DNA of 56,312 nucleotides, the filler included, from Basidioascus undulatus (Eukaryota), in assembly GCA_000826855.1 (NCBI GenBank). It is 4 parts of 4 records of this genome, joined end to end, with 100 filler letters (N's around TTAATTAATTAA, not from the genome) between each part and the next. Parts side by side here need not be neighbours in the genome. Positions count along the whole stretch, not along the records: positions 42,315 to 56,312 come from JTLS01000765.1; 3 more parts are not named here. One strand, written 5' to 3'. Shown in pieces: positions 50,228 to 56,312 of this stretch (positions are counted from its first letter, which is position 1; the number at the start of each line of letters is the position of its first letter). Under the pieces are notes generated by a model. It saw only the letters and a program-made list of their open reading frames with translations, ran no database searches and was not told where the DNA came from. The position numbers and the translations under genes are program-made.

Positions 50228-51592
50228 ATGCTGAACTTTAAGACTGTTGCCGCTGCCGCGGCCCTCGTCGCTGCTCTTCCTGCGGCGGTCAACGCCCACG
50301 GCTATGTCAAGGGCGTCAAGATCGACGACGCGTGGTACGACGGCTGGAACCCGGTGAGTATGATGGGTTTTGGCTGCATGGGGGGGGGGGCTGCTGACCC
50401 GTGAGGATGGTTTTTGCTATGAACGATAGTGTAAGTCGTTCATATTCACTGCTCGGAACTGTTGGACACCGAAACTGACCGTCGCCTGGCAGTCGAATCC
50501 CCCTGGCAGCAGCCCCAGCCGTCCGTCATGACCCGCCGCGTTGCGACTGACGGCCCGAGTGCGTCCTCATACCCCCCCTTAGCGACATGTCCCTATCTGA
50601 ACCCGGCACGATGAACAGTTCTCTCTGCCTGGGACTCTAACCTCCGCTGCAACTACGACAACGGCGACAACAACTGGGCGGGCTTCACCGCCAGCGCCAA
50701 CCCTGGCAGCTGGGTCACCTTTTTCTGGGACCGGGTGCGCACGATAATCCTTACTCGCAATTCTAATAATGGATCGAGGCTGACTGGGAACTTTACAGTG
50801 GCCGAGCGACCACCGTGGCCCCGTGAGCGTGTACATTGCCCGCTGCGGTGACGGCCAGGACTCGTGCAACGGCTTCACGGCAGACGGCAACGTCTGGTAA
50901 GTCGTGATCCTCAGGCATCTGCTCTAGCGCACCTGTTGACTGACTCGATATTCCTTACAGGTACAAGATCGCGGAGGATGGCCTGCACGACGACGGCACC
51001 TGGGCCTCCGACAAGCTCGTCAGCCGTACGTTCCCCTGCCTCCTCTCGCAAGCCAGTCGAGCTCACCTTCTGGCATGGCACAGAGGGCGCCTCCTGGACC
51101 GTCCAGCTCCCCTGGAATATTCCCGCCGGCTCCTACCTCGTCCGCGTTGAGATCCTCGCCGTACGTCTTTATTCCCAAACGACGGCCTTAAGCCTTGAAG
51201 CTGACGATTGGGGGGCCACCCGAATGCAGCTCCACGACGTCGGGAAGCCGCAATGGTACCCGACCTGCGCGCAGATCCACCTCTCCTGGGGCAACGGCTG
51301 GCTGCCCGACGGCGCCGTCTCCATCCCCTCGATCTTCACCAGCGCGGAGGACGGCCAGAGTGCGTCGCAGTCTCCTTCCTGTCTTCCTCCATTCATCACA
51401 CATGCATGTCGCCTTTAGCGCTGACCCTCCGTCCTTCTTTCAGGCATCTACGGCAGCATCTACGAGCAGCACGGCGGGTACAAGGTCCCCGGCCCGGGCG
51501 TCGCCAAGTTCGCTGCGCGCTCCATCGAGGTCGAGGCGCCGGCGGCGCAGCACAAGCGTATGGTCCGCCAGCACCGCGAGCAGTCGCACTGA
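50228..51592 (+). CDS. AA9 (GH61) lytic polysaccharide monooxygenase, secreted
   Basis: Signal peptide ending AVNA|HGYV (His1), WPSDHRGPVSVYIARC (second His), WYKIAEDG, IPAGSYLVRVEILALH, PQWYPTCAQI (axial Tyr), YKVPGP. Reading frame needs a 1-nt exon at 50430. Confidence 0.95.
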
Positions 51593-51987
51593 GCGCCGCG
51601 CGTCATATCACACCATGGTCGCGCTTTTCCTGCCTTTGCTCTCACATCTTTGTCCTAATACATTGTATCTTCCGTCGGCTCTCCTGGCGTACCCTGCTTC
51701 TATTCGCTCCGGACGGAGCGCCTTTCGGTACAGGTTACTACATATATCCTACCCCACCTCATCCCCTGATACCCTCCCATCTCGGATAGTTCTGTTGCAT
51801 AAATCGTTCGTGATCATGTGGCTTACAGCGTGAACTACCCTGCTTGGTACTGTGCCGGGTTGGCAGAAAGCGTCCGTTTTGTGTTCTTAGGCGCCACGCA
51901 AAGCGCACGAAACCCGGAGCTCGCAAACCGGCGTATGGCAAGACAAGCACGTATCATGCGCTCCTCAAACAAGCATCTCGAACGCCC

Positions 51988-53530
51988 TCACTTGCCTGCC
52001 CCGCCCGCTCTCGCTCTCCCCCACCGAATCCCGACCGCCTTGCCTTGCACCTCGCACTTGCCCTTCCTCTGAATCTCGTGCGCGGCGCGCTCCGCCCCCG
52101 CGCGATCCTTGAAGTTCACGATGCCCATCTTCCCACCCGGAGGAACCGTGACGGACTTGATGTCGTCCGGGAAGGGCATGGCCGCTGAGAGATCTTCAGA
52201 GGTTGTCGACGGCGGGAGTGGGAGGAGGTAGAGGGACGTCTGTTGCGCGGGAGCTTTGGTGAGAGGGAGGGAAGGAGAAGGAAGGAGCGACGCACGATGC
52301 TCGTGTCGGCTGGAGGAGGGGAGAGCGCCAGCGTCGGTGGCTTGTGCGGGACTGGGAGGGACGTCGCGATGCCCGCGACGGGGGGCATAGTCGCGCGAGT
52401 GGCCGGGCCGGGAGAAACAGCAGCAGCGGTGACCTTCTTCGCCTCCGCTTTCGGCTTCTCGCTCGGATACGGGGCCGTCAGCGCCAGCTTCTTGAGGATC
52501 TCCTTACCCTTGTTCTCTTGCCGTCCGAGCGCGGTCGGGACGAGGGGCTCGGAGGAGCCGACCATCTGTAGCAGTAATCAGCATGCCTGCACGGCACGAC
52601 AGACAGGGTGATAGCAGCGCACCTTCGCTTCCACGTTCTGCGCAAAGTACTGCCTGAGGATTAAGGAACGCTCCAGTCAGTCTCGGTTGCGGAGAGGTGC
52701 AAGAGCGGCACGGCACCACGCACTTGTTAATGTCGCTCGTGGGCGCGGCGGCCATTCTGCCGAGCGCCGCATCGCGCTCGTTCGCGGGCAGGGTGTACTG
52801 AAGGTCAAGGAGGGTGATCTGGCAGATCTGCATTACCCCATCGCGTCCTGCACGTCAGTCCTAGCCCGGCCGGCGCAGAGGGGAAGCCTGAGAGGATTGT
52901 GAGGGAAGAGGGAGGCGTACATTCTTCGACTTCGCGCATGTCTGGCAGATAATCGTCTTCCGCCACGGCTGGCCCTTGCCGTTCGAGATGGAGAAGACCG
53001 TGAACGGGCGGGTGCACATCTTGCACTCTGTTCCGAAAGGTTGCTGTTATCGAGACCCGCCATTCGCCGTGTCCGTCAGTTCCCGCAGAGTCGAGGTAGG
53101 GACTTCGGCTGGGTGGTGGGAGGGACTGAGGTGGATAGCGTACCTTGCGCATCTCGATGTACCGGTTCGGGCCGTACGCTGCAACCCACCAAAGTTCCCT
53201 CGCGTGAGCCGGGAGAGTCACGCCGCCGAGGTAGAAACAGGACGCACCATCCTCAGAGATAATAGGGAACTCGGCCTCCTCTTTCCACCATCAACGACGC
53301 GTTACCCCATCAGCCACCGACCGTCTCACGTCAGCTGCAGAGCTCGGAGCGTAGGGCGTGAGGCCCAGAGGACAGTGTGCGCACCCCATCCTTGCTTGTT
53401 AATGTCCGCCTGTCACCCCAAAGAGTCATACGTGAGTATATCGCGATCCAAACGAGGTGCAGGATGGGAGAAGACGCGAAGGGTGCAGCGCAGGGGCGAG
53501 ATGGACCTTCGGGCCGTAGTTGAAGCTCAT
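51988..53530 (-). CDS. SLT11: Divergent pre-mRNA splicing factor Slt11/Ecm2/RBM22
   Basis: [49 protein letters not shown]...[41 protein letters not shown]-terminal RRM ending IRWGR. Confidence 0.88.
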
Positions 53531-53955
53531 GCTAAATGTTCCAAAAAGAAGAGCGCCCGCGAGCAGGAAGGTGTCGGATAGTATAGGCGATGAACAGAGA
53601 GAATCGCGGTGAATAGCGAGCAGATGGTGAGGGCGTGAGGCGAGGCCAGATGGAGAGCGCGAACGCGTGACGCTCGCGTGTGCCGGGCCGGCAGTGCCTG
53701 ATGAGGTCCTCGTTAAAATGCTTTTTGGGCTCGCTCGCGCGTCCATGTACGATTGAATCACGATGGACATAGAGATGCAAGATACATTACTAAGAAAAGT
53801 CAAGGCAAGGAGCCGGGCGTGAGGGGAATATAGCCGGCACCCACCGTCAAGCGCACACCTGCAGAGCGCTTCGTGCTTCGCTCAACGCATACATCCAAGT
53901 TGTCCATGTGAATGATCAAAAGTGCTCGCAGAATACCCTCCCAGTTGGTCTGCTA

Positions 53956-54890
53956 CTACGCCGCCTTCCCGATACTCTCGATCCGCTTCTGCTTCACCAA
54001 ACTGCGGAAACCGCCCAGCGCCGCATACCCCACAGCCGCCGTCGCAGCCAGCCATTTCCACTGGCGCCCCCCGACAACAATTATCAGCTTGCCGTCCTAC
54101 TAGAGCCTGTAGCGCTTCAGGACCCCGACATACCCGAGCTCCCCAAGGCACGCGATGCCTCCGCGCCAGGACGGCCATGTACGCGGTCTCGAGCGCGTGT
54201 GCAAGGATCATGAATACCCAGGCGGCGCGAACGGTGCGCCAGCTGCCCGTAAGGGAGCGTATGCGCTCCGCGATGGATGTGGGAGAGGGCTGGAGGGTGA
54301 CGTAGAATAGGAGGAGGATGAGGGGGACGATGTGCAGCGAGGGGAGGATGAAGGTCGTTATTTGGGGTTGGGCGGTCTGTGAGTTTGGGGCGCGGGCATT
54401 GTAGAGAATGCGGCATGACCTTTCAGTTGCGCTGCGAAGGGCTGGGGATGAGGAGGAGCAGGTGGAAGACGCACCATCCCAACGCCCTTCATCGCCTCCT
54501 CACGCATCTCCAGCATCCGGCCTTTCACCTCCCCGAACTCCTTCAAGGGCGGCTCGAATGCGACGCGCGCCTCCGTATTCTCCCCCCGCCCACCTTCACT
54601 CCATCGCAGAGTCATGCCCTATTCACCCGAAGCTGTCAGCCTTTCCCTTCCTGTTCCATCTTCGGTTCCCGCTCCCCCAGAACGGTACCTGCGCATCCAC
54701 CCTCGTAAGCTGCACATCGTGCGGCTTCCTCGCCCCCGCATAGTATTGGGCATATGCGACCCTGCGTTCATGCCCAGTCAGTATGAGCCGGCCTCTTCCC
54801 AAAAGAGAGGTGGACGGACAGCGTGTCCTGGTGCGCCCCCATGTAGGAGCAGATCCAGGCGCTCTTAGACGCTATGGGATCTGACGACAT
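53956..54890 (-). CDS. DUF2470-like domain protein with C-terminal transmembrane segments
   Basis: ICSYMGAHQDTL.AYAQYY, RVAFEPPLKEFGEVKGRMLEMREEA, then hydrophobic AWVFMILAHALETAYMAVLARRH. Confidence 0.65.
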
Positions 54891-55074
54891 GCTGTATGGC
54901 TTGAGCGTGTGTTCAAGAGAGTGGAAGAAGGTTGAGAGTGGGATGATAGGGAGATGAAGGGATGGGAGAAGGTCGCGAAGGAGCATGAGCCTCCCCGCGA
55001 GCATGAGCCTCCCCGCGACGCACGGAATCCGGCAAGCTCAATGCCGCGGGCCCGAGCAGCTCCCTGCGCTATGT

Positions 55075-56312
55075 CTGTCAGTGTTATAGTGGTCCTGGTG
55101 TTTGAAGTAGTGATACTGGAAAACTTCTGATATGCCATGTTCAGACAGCCCCATATACAGATTCAGGTAGTGTCGAGGGGTGAAATTTCCCTACTCCAAC
55201 AGAGGACACAAGAAGTCTGTCCATCATCTGGCATCTCCAATGCTGATAACTTGGATGACCTTTAGACACAGGTGAACATTCACAGTCCAACTTCAGGAGT
55301 AAGTACACAGACCAACCAAAGGAGTAATACTGCAGACACAAACTGCACTCAGGATTCATACCCGGCACAACCAGGACCAAAGCCCTCTGCAAAATGACCA
55401 ACCCCAACCGAAGACCCTACCTGCTTCCATGGCATATGAGAGTCTGGTCTGCCGGAAGGAAACAACCTGTGAATATGGCTGTCTTCTTTTTTTATACAAG
55501 AGCACACAGAAAACACCTTGCATTCTTTCTGACATCCCCCACACCAAGAAAACTTAGACCAATAGCACCCTGCTAGGCAACAAGGCAGGGAAGGTGGTGC
55601 TGCTGGGGCATGTATCTTTGCCATGGCAGGCCTGGATCATGGAGTGGTACAGTTGCATGTCCTCATTTATCTTATCTTATCTTGTCTTTTCTTGCCATCC
55701 TCTGCTCTTTCAGAGCATGTGTCATGGTCACAGTCCTGTCATGACAGTTTTTTGCCAATGCACCTTTTCTGCCACAGACATTTTCTTGTCATGGGCATTC
55801 TTCTTCTGGATAGACGTATGTCTGGAAAAATAGAAACACAGCTGGAATCTAGATGGGTTGTGTCTGGGAAAATAGACATGTGTCAGGAAGTGTCTGAACA
55901 TTCAGACAGGGTGCCCAACCTTGCATTAAACACTGTCACCAGCAGAAGGACTGTCCTTGACTGAAGGTCTGTCCCTGAATTAAGGAAAGTGCTATGGATA
56001 ATCCTTGAAGGAAGGACCATCCCTGTATTAAGAACTGTACATGCCCTAGGTCTGTTCCTGTTTCAAGGCTAATTCCTACCCTGAGGATTGTCCCTACAGG
56101 ATCGACAGAAGGGCTGTCCTTGGGGAAAGGACAGTCTTCTAAGGAAGGATGGTCTATGAAAGTAGGATAGTGTCAAGAAAACGAGCTGGCAGGGGCAGAC
56201 TGCAGTGGGGACTACCAACAGAGTGGGTGGCTGTCATGAATACCCTCCCTCCCTTCACCAAGGACATCTACACCCTCCCCTACCCTCTCCCTATTGTCAC
56301 CTTCCTTTGTCC
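55075..56312. mobile_element. Strongly CpG-depleted repeat relic running off contig end
   Basis: Sharp boundary; 7 CpG counted in ~1230 bp; stops in all frames; contains an 18-bp array. Confidence 0.6.
55945..56175. repeat. Degenerate 18-bp palindromic-unit array (AAGGAC-T-GTCCTT core)
   Basis: Cores at 55946, 55964, 55982 and onward, about 12 degenerate copies. Confidence 0.75.

Noticed and set aside
50353..50492. Stwintron (nested twin intron) reading of the LPMO double intron
   Set aside because: A [D1,2] arrangement would create a weak GTGTAA donor and an out-of-frame product; only the 1-nt exon keeps the AA9 frame.
55075..55140. LTR start (TGTTA...) at the CpG-desert boundary
   Set aside because: No second LTR, PBS, PPT or gag/pol remnant identified in the window.

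Overview
Eukaryotic, intron-rich, GC-rich fungal DNA. A basidiomycete is inferred (probably Pucciniomycotina) from GTGCGY/GTGAG donors, CTGAC branch points and gene content. The window is four separate contigs of about 14 kb (14008, 14004, 14002, 13998 bp) joined by artificial 100-bp N44-TTAATTAATTAA-N44 linkers, so adjacency across linkers means nothing. Contig 1: eIF2-beta (5' part), a truncated ATP3 joined head-on to the first exon of an opposite-strand gene, an arrestin-like gene, an ENA-type Na+/K+ P-type ATPase, SRP receptor alpha. Contig 2: beta-COP, a transcriptional cyclin with a very long disordered tail, a monoacylglycerol lipase, a disrupted fucosyltransferase-like gene. Contig 3: a TPR pseudogene, DRE2, an atypical aquaporin, another probable pseudogene, PheRS alpha. 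Contig 4: PTC7 3' end, CpG-depleted repeat relics with phased short-palindrome arrays, a histidine phosphatase, prefoldin 5, an AA9 LPMO, a divergent SLT11/RBM22, a DUF2470-like gene. Best leads: a frame-essential 1-nt exon in the LPMO gene, the ATP3 intron-to-intron breakpoint, a long structured ATP3 intron, coordinated loss of one zinc site plus the CCCH finger in SLT11, and the 18-20-bp phased palindrome arrays. All family calls come from hand translation and recalled motifs; no searches were run.
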